Below are positions 45,182 through 54,658 of a DNA stretch of 64,000 bases, piece after piece (the stretch's first letter is position 1; each line of letters starts with the position of its first letter). Source of the DNA: Candidatus Marinacidobacterales bacterium (lineage in GTDB: Bacteria; Acidobacteriota; Vicinamibacteria; Marinacidobacterales; SMYC01); NCBI GenBank assembly GCA_965224085.1, contig CBDCYI010000004.1:992001-1056000 (forward strand), read 5' to 3'. Made by a program: the position numbers and the translations under genes. The notes beneath the pieces were generated by a model, which saw nothing but the letters and a program-made list of their open reading frames with translations, ran no database searches and was not told the origin of the DNA.

Positions 45182-47236
45182 CTATTGGCGTGGCGAACCT
45201 TGTTGATGCCGGCCATTGTACAGGCGGTCCATCAGGTCGCTGAATTGAGGAAAGAGAAGCGCTTGGGGACCGTCGCTCAGCGCTTTTTCGGGCTCGGGGT
45301 GGATCTCGACCATGACGCCGTGAGCGCCGACGGTCTTGCTTGCGAGCGCAAGCGTCGGGACGAGCTCCCGCTTGCCGGCAGCATGAGACGGGTCGACGAT
45401 GACCGGCAAATGAGTGCGGCTCCGGAGGACTGGGACGGCGCTCAAGTCGAGCGTGTTGCGCGTCGCCGTCTCGAACGTCCGTATGCCACGCTCGCACAGA
45501 AACACTTGTTGATTGCCACCCGCGAGAATGTATTCCGCGGCTTGCAGGAGCTCATCGAGCGAGCTGCTCATGCCGCGCTTCAACATGACAGGGCGCCGTA
45601 CTCTGCCAACTTCCGAGAGCAGGGTGAAGTTCTGCATGTTCCTCGCGCCAATCTGGAGGATGTCTGCCGTCTCCGCCACCCGGACGACATCATCCGGTGA
45701 CAGGACTTCCGTGACGACCGGAAGCCCGTATTTCTGTCCCGCCTCGACGAGCATCTCTAGCCCCTTGTAGCCGAGGCCTTGAAAGCTGTAGGGAGACGTC
45801 CGCGGTTTGAAACATCCGCCCCGCAAGATGTGTCCTCCCTGTTGTTTGACTTCGCGAGCGCAGGTCATTATCTGGTCGCGCGTTTCGACCGCGCACGGAC
45901 CGGCGATCATCACTAAGCTGTCGCCACCTAGCCTGACGTCTTTGACGTCGATGACGGTGTCGTCCGGTTTGTACTCGCGGCTGGCCAGCCGGTAGCCGCT
46001 CGCTTTCCGGACGTCCGGCGGCGGCATCGTCGCGACGATGGCTTCCGTGCGCGTGTGGTCTTGCGCGGGAAGCGGCGCGCGAACGGCTGGCGCGGGCAAG
46101 TCCTTCGACGGATAGCAACCGAGCACCTTGATGAAACGAGCGCGTCTCGTAACTTCGTCGAGTCCATTTTGAATTTTCTCGTCGGCCAGATTGCCTTGAA
46201 AGTCGAGATAGAACATCTCCTCCCATGGGTTCTCGAGGATCGGTCGAGACTCGAGCTTGGTGAGGTTGATACCGTGCTCCCGGAACACCAAGAGCGCTTC
46301 GAGGAGGGAGCCCGGCTGGTTCCCCGTCATCATCACGATCGACGTTTTGCACGGGATGCGCGGATCCACGTGGACGGCTTTGCGCGCGCTGACGAGAAAG
46401 CGCGTGTAGTTCTCGCGTTGATTCGCGATGTTACGCTCGATGACACCGAGCCCGAAGATCCGTGCGGCCTCTTCACTGGCGATCGCCGCTTGGTAGACGA
46501 GCCCGTCCTCAAGGATCTTCTTTCCCGAGAGTGCCGTGTCGCTGAAGTACTCGATCTTGCAATGGGGCAGCCGCGTCAGGAAATCGCTGCACTGCAGTAC
46601 GGTTTGGGGGTGACAATAAATGGTGCGGATATCAGAGAGCTTCGCGTCGGGAAGCGCCAGAAGGCAGTGGTCCACCTTGAGCTTTACTTCTCCCACGATC
46701 GATAGCTGCGCGTGCAACAAAAGGTCGTAAACGTCGGTGATACCTCCCGACGTGGTGTTCTCGATCGGCAAGATCGCAAGATCTGCATGGCCTTTCTCGA
46801 CGGCCTCGACGACGTCTTTGAACTGGGCGTGACCGAAATAAGACACGGCGGCGGCCTTTCGGGAGAAATATTCCTGCGCCGCGAGATGGCTATACGCACC
46901 TTCGATACCTTGGAAGGCGATACGCAGTGAACCGGACCCTTTATTGACACGGCCTTGGTAGTACTCTTCTTGAACGCGGATCGAGTCTTCTAAAACGTCG
47001 TGAAAGACGCTCGTCACGTAGTGCGAGTCGAGCCCCTGACTCGCACCCTCCTCGACACGGTCGGCGATAAGCGCTTCCTCCCGCGTCTTGTCCCGGAACC
47101 AATCGGGCTGAGCTTGTTTAGCCCTCGCCGCTTCGATGCTGCGTTTGCGACGCTCCGCCAGCAAACGGAGCAACTCTCGATCGATGCCGTCGATGGCGTC
47201 TCGGACCGATTGGATGTCGCGTTTGTCGCTACTCAT
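45182..47236 (-). CDS. pheA: Trifunctional chorismate mutase / prephenate dehydratase(ACT) / DAHP synthase
   Basis: AroQ R..ID.ID..L..LL..R; PDT motifs [28 protein letters not shown]; class I-beta DAHPS motifs [39 protein letters not shown]. Confidence 0.93.
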   Translation of the reverse strand: MSSDKRDIQSVRDAIDGIDRELLRLLAERRKRSIEAARAKQAQPDWFRDKTREEALIADRVEEGASQGLDSHYVTSVFHDVLEDSIRVQEEYYQGRVNKGSGSLRIAFQGIEGAYSHLAAQEYFSRKAAAVSYFGHAQFKDVVEAVEKGHADLAILPIENTTSGGITDVYDLLLHAQLSIVGEVKLKVDHCLLALPDAKLSDIRTIYCHPQTVLQCSDFLTRLPHCKIEYFSDTALSGKKILEDGLVYQAAIASEEAARIFGLGVIERNIANQRENYTRFLVSARKAVHVDPRIPCKTSIVMMTGNQPGSLLEALLVFREHGINLTKLESRPILENPWEEMFYLDFQGNLADEKIQNGLDEVTRRARFIKVLGCYPSKDLPAPAVRAPLPAQDHTRTEAIVATMPPPDVRKASGYRLASREYKPDDTVIDVKDVRLGGDSLVMIAGPCAVETRDQIMTCAREVKQQGGHILRGGCFKPRTSPYSFQGLGYKGLEMLVEAGQKYGLPVVTEVLSPDDVVRVAETADILQIGARNMQNFTLLSEVGRVRRPVMLKRGMSSSLDELLQAAEYILAGGNQQVFLCERGIRTFETATRNTLDLSAVPVLRSRTHLPVIVDPSHAAGKRELVPTLALASKTVGAHGVMVEIHPEPEKALSDGPQALLFPQFSDLMDRLYNGRHQQGSPRQ

Positions 47237-47316
47237 TTCTTTTCCTCTCGAGGATAGGAACCATACAGATCTGTCGGCGAAAAATGGGCGGCGTGGGTAG
47301 TGAAATCGTCGGCGCG

Positions 47317-47385
47317 CTAGGCGCCAAAAAAGAAGAAGAAAGCGCCGCAGAAGGTAGGTCGAATCGTCTTGGCGGCCACTTGCAT
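47317..47385 (-). CDS. Phe-rich leader peptide [22 protein letters not shown]
   Basis: 22 sense codons including 6 Phe (5 consecutive), 80 nt upstream of the pheA fusion; GGAG upstream; GTG at 47379 is an alternative start. Confidence 0.85.
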   Translation of the reverse strand: MQVAAKTIRPTFCGAFFFFFGA

Positions 47386-47400
47386 CACTCCAACGCGCGC

Positions 47401-47429
47401 ATTGTGACCCAAACGCGACCGATCGTCAA
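47401..47429 (-). promoter_or_regulatory. Sigma70-type promoter for leader and pheA
   Basis: TTGACG (47429-47424), 17 bp, CACAAT (47406-47401). Confidence 0.65.
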
Positions 47430-47571
47430 GCCGAACCCTACAACGTCCTAATTGTAATGGAGTGAGATACAGCCCCGAGAGGGGGGAAGTTCAATTGCGT
47501 GTATCAGTTAGCGGTGTGGTTTCTCTGGCATGGTCTCTGCACTGGGGGTATGGCAACAAAGGAGAGTCGCC

Positions 47572-48050
47572 ATGAGAACGAACAAGACAAAGAGCTACCT
47601 GATGGTCTTCCTGCTCGCCTCCGTCGTCAGCACACCTTTGGCGGCGAAATCGAAGAAGAAACTGCTCAACCGAAGCGTCTACATGCCGATCGACTTCAAG
47701 CTGTGCGAGCATCTCGGGGAGGGGATCCTCTACGAGAACGACCGCCCCATGTCCAAGATGCCCGCGGGACGTTTGTTCCAGTTCACGTATTACGCCGAGC
47801 GTGAGGTCCTCTTGCCCGAGCAAGTGCGTGTGCGTGTCAACGGCAAATATCTAGCTGACGACGAGCCCTTCACCGCAAAGCTCTCCGTCACGGTCCAGGG
47901 CATCCACACCGCGCATCGGTTCCGCTCGGCCAAAACAAAGGTTCAGTTGCAGAAGCAACGCAAGAAAATCGACACGAGACTCGAGAAACGCACTATTCGC
48001 CTGGCTTGCAAGAGGTTTGCAAACGGGAGCGCCAAGTTGCGGCGCCGTGA
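47572..48050 (+). CDS. Secreted basic hypothetical protein (end inferred)
   Basis: AAGGAG RBS and signal peptide. The tracked ORF runs on antisense into cnoX; a 1-nt shift near 48015 gives a natural end (CKRERQVAAP*). Confidence 0.55.
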
Positions 48051-48084
48051 CAGGACTGGTGAGCGCGCCTGGTCGTTGGGTTCG

Positions 48085-48948
48085 TCAATAAAGCAGACGA
48101 GTGAGTTTCTTGCGATAGTCGTCGGCCAGCTCGCTTCGGACGCCGACGACATGAAAGACTTCGACCATCCGCTTCTTCGCCTCACCCATGGCGAGCACGC
48201 GGTCGCGCTCGGCCGCTTGCAAGAATATGTCGAGCGCCTCCGGGTAGCGGCGGTTCGCCGCGAGCACTTGGCCAAGCTCCATCATCGCGCTCGAGTCCTC
48301 GGGATTCGCTGCGAGTCGTTCACGAAGTTCCTCTTCGCTCGACTCCAATCGAACGTCGCCGAGCGCGAGCTCCGACTGCAGTTGATCTATCCGTTCGGCG
48401 TGCGCGCCGGTTGCTGGCTGGAGTTTTTCCACTATCGCCTGCGCCTCCTCACGCTCGCCGCGCCCGGCCAGTATCTCGGCGAAGCCGATACAGGCACCGA
48501 CATGACCATCGTCCATTTCGAGTGCTCGCAGATAAAGCGGCTCCGCCTGCTCCGGCGATGACGCGCGAAGCTTGTCCGCTTCCTCCACGATCTCGTCGGT
48601 GGGTGAGGGCAACAAGCGCCCGAGAAATTCACGGACGGCGTCTTCGGGAAGAGCGCCCGAGAACTGGGCGACCGGCTCGCCGCTGCGAAAAGCGATTACC
48701 GTCGGGATGCTATGGATACCGAAAATCTGCGCCACCCGCTGCGCGCGGTCGGTATCGACTTTGGCGAGAAGGAACTTCCCTCTTCCCTCATCGGCGAGCT
48801 TCTCGAGCGTCGGGCCCAGAACCCGGCAGGGCCCACACCACTCCGCCCAGAAATCGACGACGATGGGCAGCTGGTGCGACCGCTCCAGCACATCCGCTTC
48901 GAAGGTCTCGTCGGTGACGTTGATCACTGTGGTGGGTCGTTCGGTCAT
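48085..48948 (-). CDS. cnoX: Thioredoxin-TPR chaperedoxin (CnoX/YbbN)
   Basis: VDFWAEWCGPC, SIPTV, TPR-like helices, C-terminal YRKKL..LLY. Confidence 0.9.
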   Translation of the reverse strand: MTERPTTVINVTDETFEADVLERSHQLPIVVDFWAEWCGPCRVLGPTLEKLADEGRGKFLLAKVDTDRAQRVAQIFGIHSIPTVIAFRSGEPVAQFSGALPEDAVREFLGRLLPSPTDEIVEEADKLRASSPEQAEPLYLRALEMDDGHVGACIGFAEILAGRGEREEAQAIVEKLQPATGAHAERIDQLQSELALGDVRLESSEEELRERLAANPEDSSAMMELGQVLAANRRYPEALDIFLQAAERDRVLAMGEAKKRMVEVFHVVGVRSELADDYRKKLTRLLY

Positions 48949-50054
48949 GACACTCCAGCAAAAACACCGAGTTGTTGCTCGGCGGGATTCGGCACCGAGT
49001 GCTTGCCGCTTTCTAGAGCTTGACGTGCCGCTTCCTCCACCTCGGCAAGGACCTCTTGCTCGGCTCGCTTGAGGACTTCACGGTTCGGGACATCGGTCGC
49101 GAGCGCGAGATCGGACTCGGTAAGATAGGTCTCGTACATGCCGATCGGGTCCCGCTTGCCCCAATAAGTGAAAGCCTCCTCACGGAGAATCTTCCGAGAC
49201 TCTCCTTCGTCATGGGTGGCGTGCCCGCCCATGCGGAAGGTCTTGGCCGTCACCATTATCGGACCTTTGCCGAGACGAGCGAGTTCCGCTGCGAGCGCGC
49301 TCGTCGCGTAGACGTCGAGAACGTTGTTGCCGTTGCAAATGTATTTCGTCGCCGCGTAGATCGTCGCCACCCCGCCCATAGGCGCTGCGCTATGGCTCTC
49401 GAGCGGCGTTCCGAGTGCAATCTGATTGTCCTGCACGAAGACGACGAGCGGCAGCGACAAGGATTTAGCGCACATCATTCCTTCGTGAAACGCCGTAGTG
49501 CGCGTGCTTCCGTCCCCGACCCATGTGAGCGCGATGTTGTCTTTGTTCTGAAGCTTGAGCGACAACGCGACGCCGGCGCAAACCGGGACGAGCGCGCCGA
49601 CCATGCTGATGGGTGCGACGACGCCCTTCTCCAAATCTCCGAAGTGAATATCTCGACCTCGCGATGGCGAGTCTTCCGTCCCTAGATAGGCGCGCAGCAT
49701 GTCCGCGATCGACATGCCCATTTCATGACACGCACCCGCGTTTCGGATCATCGGCCCCACCATGTCGCCCTTCTGGAGCGCATGGACGGCGCCGACCGTC
49801 GCCGCCTCTTCCCCGGTCCCGAGCCACGCTTTGGAGATGATGCCCTGGCGGACCCATCGCTTGAGCGTGATGTCGTGGAGTCGATTGCGTACGAGACCCT
49901 TGTAGAGCCCGAGATGTTGCCCGGGCGTCAGTGCCGACACGACACTCCGGCGCGTCGGGTCCTGCATCACGCGCGACCGGAACTCTTCCATGACGGCCGG
50001 ATCGGGAGTCCAGTTCTGATATTCGGGAGGATCGTAAGCGGCGTATCGCTTCAC
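48945..50054 (-). CDS. ThDP-dependent 2-oxoacid dehydrogenase E1 alpha subunit
   Basis: GEEA, VGDGST...N, FRMGGHATHD, RDPI. Confidence 0.88.
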   Translation of the reverse strand: MKRYAAYDPPEYQNWTPDPAVMEEFRSRVMQDPTRRSVVSALTPGQHLGLYKGLVRNRLHDITLKRWVRQGIISKAWLGTGEEAATVGAVHALQKGDMVGPMIRNAGACHEMGMSIADMLRAYLGTEDSPSRGRDIHFGDLEKGVVAPISMVGALVPVCAGVALSLKLQNKDNIALTWVGDGSTRTTAFHEGMMCAKSLSLPLVVFVQDNQIALGTPLESHSAAPMGGVATIYAATKYICNGNNVLDVYATSALAAELARLGKGPIMVTAKTFRMGGHATHDEGESRKILREEAFTYWGKRDPIGMYETYLTESDLALATDVPNREVLKRAEQEVLAEVEEAARQALESGKHSVPNPAEQQLGVFAGVS

Positions 50055-50569
50055 GCCGACTCGATCTCGTCAATATTCTCGGTGGTCTCGATGCCTTTGG
50101 TCTTCTCGAGTGTTTTGTAGAGAACGTAGGTCGTCTCGTAGTGCAGATCGTCGAGGACGACATTGTCCCCCGGCTTCAAGTCGAGTGCGTTCGCAACGAT
50201 GTTCTCGCCCTCGCTCGTCGCGAAGAGAAACGAGACCTCCTCGGGCTTGGCCCCCAAAAGAGACGAGAAGCTCTGGCGCACTTCGTTCCCTTTCTCGAGC
50301 ATAGCTCCGAGCAGGATGGGGTCTTCGGACTTCGAGCGCGCAAAGGCAACGCCCGCCTCTTCGACCGCGCGCGGCGGCGGGCCGATATAGGGCGTGTTGA
50401 GGTAGTTCGATTTCGTGGCCGCCGGAAAATCCGCGCGCACGCCGAGTGCGTCCGCGGCGCCTGTCGAGCCTGTCGTCGAGCCTGTTGAGATTGTCGAGCT
50501 GCGTGTGCTTTCTGCGACCGCAAGGGCGGCCGCCGTCGTGGCCAGGAACTCTCTGCGATCCAGTTTCAT
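50051..50569 (-). pseudogene. TAT-exported class V aminotransferase, N-terminal third only
   Basis: DRREFL TAT motif; RADFP....YLN; ATSEGEN; DDLHY; ends before the PLP-lysine. Confidence 0.75.
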
Positions 50570-51084
50570 GATGCCTCCTGTGGGAAGGGTTTTATCATCC
50601 GGAGGGCACGTTGTCCGGCGGGATAGATTCCGAGACCGTCGCCGAGCCGGAAGCCAGCGCTTCGAAAAAGACGTTGCGCACGCGGGTTGTCCTCGGCGAC
50701 GACGAGCCAGACTTCGCGCGGCTTGCTCGGCGAGCTCTCCGCGAGTGCCAAGGCTTTCGCGAGAAGCTGGCCGCCGATGCCGCGCGACTGGAGCTCCGTC
50801 ACGACCGCGATGGCTACGAGGTCGGCGACGTTTTCTCGCGGACGTTCCGGATCGGCGTAGGCGGTGATCATGGAGAACCCCGCGGCTCGTTCGTCGAGCT
50901 CGGCGATGGAGGTCGTTACCGCGTCGTTCTCGAACCAGTCTGCGAGGTAGCGGTCATAACTGCCAAAGGCGAGAAAAGTATTTTGGGCCATGGCGCGGAT
51001 GAACGGTGCGTCCTGCGCGCGCGCGGGTCGCACGATGATCTCGCTCTCGCAGGGGCTGGGTTTCGAGCTCGACAATTTCAGCAT
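50566..51084 (-). CDS. GNAT acetyltransferase (RimI-like)
   Basis: IAV..ELQSRGIG..LL; L.VAEDN.RAQRLF...GF. Confidence 0.85.
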   Translation of the reverse strand: MLKLSSSKPSPCESEIIVRPARAQDAPFIRAMAQNTFLAFGSYDRYLADWFENDAVTTSIAELDERAAGFSMITAYADPERPRENVADLVAIAVVTELQSRGIGGQLLAKALALAESSPSKPREVWLVVAEDNPRAQRLFRSAGFRLGDGLGIYPAGQRALRMIKPFPQEAS

Positions 51085-51088
51085 AGGC

Positions 51089-51124
51089 TCAACATAATCA
51101 ACATGATCAACATGATCAACATGG
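51089..51124. repeat. 4 x 9-bp tandem repeat TCAACATRR
   Basis: TCAACATAA TCAACATGA TCAACATGA TCAACATGG. Confidence 0.9.
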
Positions 51125-51141
51125 GGTTCAGGACGCGCGGT

Positions 51142-51555
51142 CTAGAACGGACCGGGCAGCGCGTTTTTGAGTACTTCGAAATCTTGCACCGGTGAGGTGA
51201 CCACGCGTTGGCCTTGTGTCGAGAGCTCGCAACAAAGTCCGACGCCGATCCACGCCACTTTCAAGAGCGTGCCGCCGTAGCCAGAGCCGCAAACAAATGC
51301 CATCCGTTCCGTGGGGAAGAACCGTCCGCCCCGTACGAGGACCTTCCAGTCCTTGGGCTCGACGACAGTTATCTGATACTCGGTGTTCTGTGTGAGGACC
51401 CGCAGAACCGTTACTGGCGCGAGAGCGCCGATATGGATCCCTTTTTGTCCCGTTGTGGCTTCGGTGAAGCCCGACAGTGTGCCATGGCGCGGGACGAGAA
51501 CACCTCTGTCTTCATCGTTCCCGATAGACGTTGTCAAAGGGTCTGTCTTTTGCAT
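51142..51555 (-). CDS. Conserved-looking hypothetical protein
   Basis: V.TQNT.Y...V..GG.FFP...GS..GG..LK..WIG.G...VTSPV; co-oriented in an operon with dacB. Confidence 0.65.
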   Translation of the reverse strand: MQKTDPLTTSIGNDEDRGVLVPRHGTLSGFTEATTGQKGIHIGALAPVTVLRVLTQNTEYQITVVEPKDWKVLVRGGRFFPTERMAFVCGSGYGGTLLKVAWIGVGLCCELSTQGQRVVTSPVQDFEVLKNALPGPF

Positions 51556-51567
51556 GCCGCCCTGCGC

Positions 51568-53037
51568 TCAATAATCGAGGAGCGCCCGTGCCATCTCGTC
51601 TTCGACGTAATCCGCGCGATACTGCCTTCCGATCCCGTTCGTGATAACGGAGAACACGAGCGGCCCACGGCTATCGGAGAATGCGAAGCCGGAGAGCGAA
51701 CTGACGTTGGCCAAGCTCCCAGTCTTGGCTATGATACGGCCCATGTGTTTCTCGTTCAAGAAGCGCTTCCGGAGCGTGCCGTCGACCCCCCCGAGAGCGA
51801 GAGTGCAGATGAAGTCTGTACGCATCTCCGGCGCCCTGTAGACCTCTTGGAGGACCTGTACGAGGATACTCGCGCTGACGTTGTTGTCGTAGGAAAGGCC
51901 CGATCCGTCATCGATGCGAAAGTCTTTCTGGCTGAAGCCGAGACCGACGAGATACTCGCCGACCGCGCGCGCCCCCGACTCGAAGCTTCCCGGAGCACCC
52001 CAGCGATGCGCGCCGAGCGCTTTCAACATTTGCTCAGCGGAGAAGTTGTTGCTGTATTTGCCAAGGGCTCCCAACACTTCGACAAGGCGTGCCGAGCGGT
52101 GAACGTAGAGAGGCTTGACGTCCTTCTGTCCGACAAGGCCTTCAATGAGTTGACCGCGCACGAGGATACCTTTTTCTCTGAGTTTGCCGACGAAGGCGGC
52201 GGCGAAATACTGCGTCGGGTCGGGTGCAATGAAGCTTCCGACGCTCTCTTCTTCGTCGCCTTGGATCACACGGCCGCGCACGATCACGCGATCGCGGCGA
52301 AGCTTCTGCACCCGCGTCCAGGGGCGGCCACTAGTCGCGGTGGTGACGCGATTGAGGACGTCGAAATAGCCGTAGCCTTCGTCGTGAAGCTCTGCGCGCG
52401 AGCCGGCATGGCTCGGCGTCAAGCGAAGCTCGACGAGATTGAAGTTGTAAGAAAGTGCGCTTTGGATTGGAAGACCCTTTTTCAAGATGTTGTCGTACGA
52501 AGCGGGGCCTCGAAGTTGATCGTCGAAGAAGCTATCGTCGACAACGATGTCCCCTCGGATTTCCTTGAGGCCGCGTGCAGCGAGCTGACGGGCGAGGTAG
52601 TCCATCTCGTACCGCGTCAGCGAAGGGTCGCCGCTTCCCCGGATATATAGATTTCCGTGGACGACGCCGTCTTCGAGGGGTCCGTCGACGAGAAACGTCG
52701 TTTCGAAGCGATAGTTCGGCCCTAGATAGTGAAGGCTTGCCCCCATGATCGCGAGCTTCATACCAGAAGCGGGGATGAAGCGTTTTGTGGGGTTGTGGGC
52801 GTAGAGCGTCTCACCTGTCGTCAGATCGACGACTTTGACGCCAATCGCGCGTCGAAGACGAAAGCTTCGGCGCAGTCGATCGAGTCGCTTCGCCACAGGG
52901 TTGTCGAAGTCGTTGGCGGGAGCGAGAGCTGGGAGTGCGAGGAGCAAAGCGAGACCAGCTAGAAATATGCGTAATCGAACCAAATCAATCTTTCTCCGAT
53001 GTTTTTGCCCTTTCCCGCCAATGATACCCCGACTCAT
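51568..53037 (-). CDS. dacB: D-alanyl-D-alanine carboxypeptidase/endopeptidase (PBP4, S13)
   Basis: PASGMK (SxxK), GSGDPSL, SNN, DGSGLS, GTL..R, AKTGS. Confidence 0.93.
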   Translation of the reverse strand: MSRGIIGGKGQKHRRKIDLVRLRIFLAGLALLLALPALAPANDFDNPVAKRLDRLRRSFRLRRAIGVKVVDLTTGETLYAHNPTKRFIPASGMKLAIMGASLHYLGPNYRFETTFLVDGPLEDGVVHGNLYIRGSGDPSLTRYEMDYLARQLAARGLKEIRGDIVVDDSFFDDQLRGPASYDNILKKGLPIQSALSYNFNLVELRLTPSHAGSRAELHDEGYGYFDVLNRVTTATSGRPWTRVQKLRRDRVIVRGRVIQGDEEESVGSFIAPDPTQYFAAAFVGKLREKGILVRGQLIEGLVGQKDVKPLYVHRSARLVEVLGALGKYSNNFSAEQMLKALGAHRWGAPGSFESGARAVGEYLVGLGFSQKDFRIDDGSGLSYDNNVSASILVQVLQEVYRAPEMRTDFICTLALGGVDGTLRKRFLNEKHMGRIIAKTGSLANVSSLSGFAFSDSRGPLVFSVITNGIGRQYRADYVEDEMARALLDY

Positions 53038-53657
53038 TGGGACGGAACCAGGGTCAAGGCGGTGATGAAGCGCTCCTCGGTCAGCGAGCCCAGAAGCTCT
53101 ACGGAGTCGTTGATCACCAATTTGGGCACACTGGTCACAGCGTGGCGCCGTGCGAAATCCGGAAACTCGTTAATCTCCACGACTTCCGCGTCGACTTGGC
53201 GGCTTTCGACCGCCGCTTGGTGGGCCAGCCGGCTCACTCGGGGGCACATGGGTCACGTTTCTGTCGTGAAGACTCGGACATGAACGCGATGCGACAGCGC
53301 CTTCAGCTGGCTGCGCGCTGTAGCACTCAGCGCAGTCTGTCCACGCGAAACGTCCACGAGCGCTTCGATCAAACTCGGAAGCTCGTAACCCGCTGGAACG
53401 CCGAGAAAACGAACCTGACCCCGGGCCTTTCCGACGAGCCGGATCGTCGGAGCGAGTCCCGAAGTGGTGAGTCGCGTGCGAAGGTTGATCGTAGTCGACT
53501 GTGCTGTGATTTCCCGAAGCAGCTCCTCGCTTTGCTCGCAAGGCGTGCAGTTTCTTTCGCGCGCATGCCGATCGAGCTCGACGCGAACTGGGCTTTCGAG
53601 CTTGTTTGCGAGCTCCGTTCGGAGTCTTTCCTGGTCGGCCAGTGAGATGAGCGGCAT
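53034..53657 (-). CDS. Two-domain protein disulfide oxidoreductase, putative selenoprotein (UPMC)
   Basis: Two in-frame ORFs separated only by TGA (53253-53255) in VFTTET-U-PMCP; N-terminal CTPC; GVPAGYE; SVP. Confidence 0.85.
53220..53237 (-). promoter_or_regulatory. Putative bacterial SECIS hairpin
   Basis: GUGAGCC-GGCU-GGCCCAC stem-loop starting 15 nt after UGA; loop begins with G. Confidence 0.6.
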
Positions 53658-53734
53658 CGTTCGACATCTTATAGTATCCCCGACACAGAACACGGGAGGT
53701 TCGTTATGGCGGAGATGGAGCTCACCGGAATTTC

Positions 53735-53931
53735 GTGGCGGCAACACGTTCCTCGGGAACATGACGGGAAACCCCGCGGTGACGATTCCGTGCGGCTTCA
53801 CGAAAGGGCCGCCGGTTCTCCCGCTTTCAATCATGTTCTATGGGCGACCGTTCGACGAAGCGACCATCTTGAAGCTCGCCCATGCTTACGAGCGCGCCAC
53901 GACGCGGCACGAGCGGCGGCCGCCTATTTGA
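53735..53931 (+). pseudogene. Amidase C-terminal fragment
   Basis: GNMTGNPAVTIPCGF...LPLSIMFYGRPFDEATILKLAHAYE. Confidence 0.75.
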
Positions 53932-54022
53932 TTTAACGGCGGGATGCGGCAAGAAATCGCCTCATGATGAACTTCCCCCGCAAAAAATGATAGCTGGTGC
54001 GAGGAGTTGATTAAAATGGGCC

Positions 54023-54585
54023 GTGCTATTGTCACAGACTTCTCCTGAATGGCTCGCGACCGCGCTCGCGGACATGGACGCGGTGCTGCTCGACCATGCA
54101 CATTGCGAAAAGAAAGCGGCTGCGTCGGCGATGTCTCTCGTCGCCGGCTATTCGTCTCGCGAGGAGCTGGTGCGCAAGATGAGCGCACTCGCCATCGAAG
54201 AGCTCCAGCACTTCCGTGCCGTCTACGAGCGCCTCGTCGAGCGCGGCCTTTCGCTAGGCCGTGACCCAGGCGACCCCTATGCTCAAAAGCTCATCGCCCT
54301 CGCGCGGCCGAGAGAGGGCCGCCTCACGGACCGTCTTCTGATCTTCGGCTTCATCGAAGCGCGCTCCTATGAGCGCCTCGAGCTTCTCGCCAAGAATCTA
54401 AGACCCCGGATCTCGCCCGCCTCTACACCGAGCTCAAAAACGCTGAGTCCCGCCACAGAAAGCTCTTCGTGAACCTCGCCTGCCGCTACGACGATGACGA
54501 CGCCGTCAGGCGCCGCATCACCGAGCTAGCCCAAGCCGAGGCCGAAATTGTCGCCAGCCTTCCGGTAGAGCCGCGAATTCACTAG
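54023..54585 (+). CDS. miaE: tRNA ms2i6A37 hydroxylase MiaE, frameshift near 54400
   Basis: LLDHAHCEKKAA, EELQHF, DPYA, IEARSYER; second frame LY..L..AESRH...EPRIH*. Confidence 0.9.
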
Positions 54586-54658
54586 TGATTTGCTCCCCAC
54601 GACCCCCACCTCTAATATGGTGCGTCTTCTCTGGAGGGAGACGAACCGTGGAGAGTTC

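Noticed and set aside
48050-48561. C-terminal extension of ORF 47530-48561
   Set aside because: Antisense to cnoX; probably read-through from a frameshift
51089-51124. Possible CRISPR or iteron array
   Set aside because: Contiguous 9-mers with no spacers, and no cas or rep genes nearby
51208-52650. 480-aa plus-strand ORF
   Set aside because: Antisense shadow of dacB, with no motifs; common in GC-rich DNA
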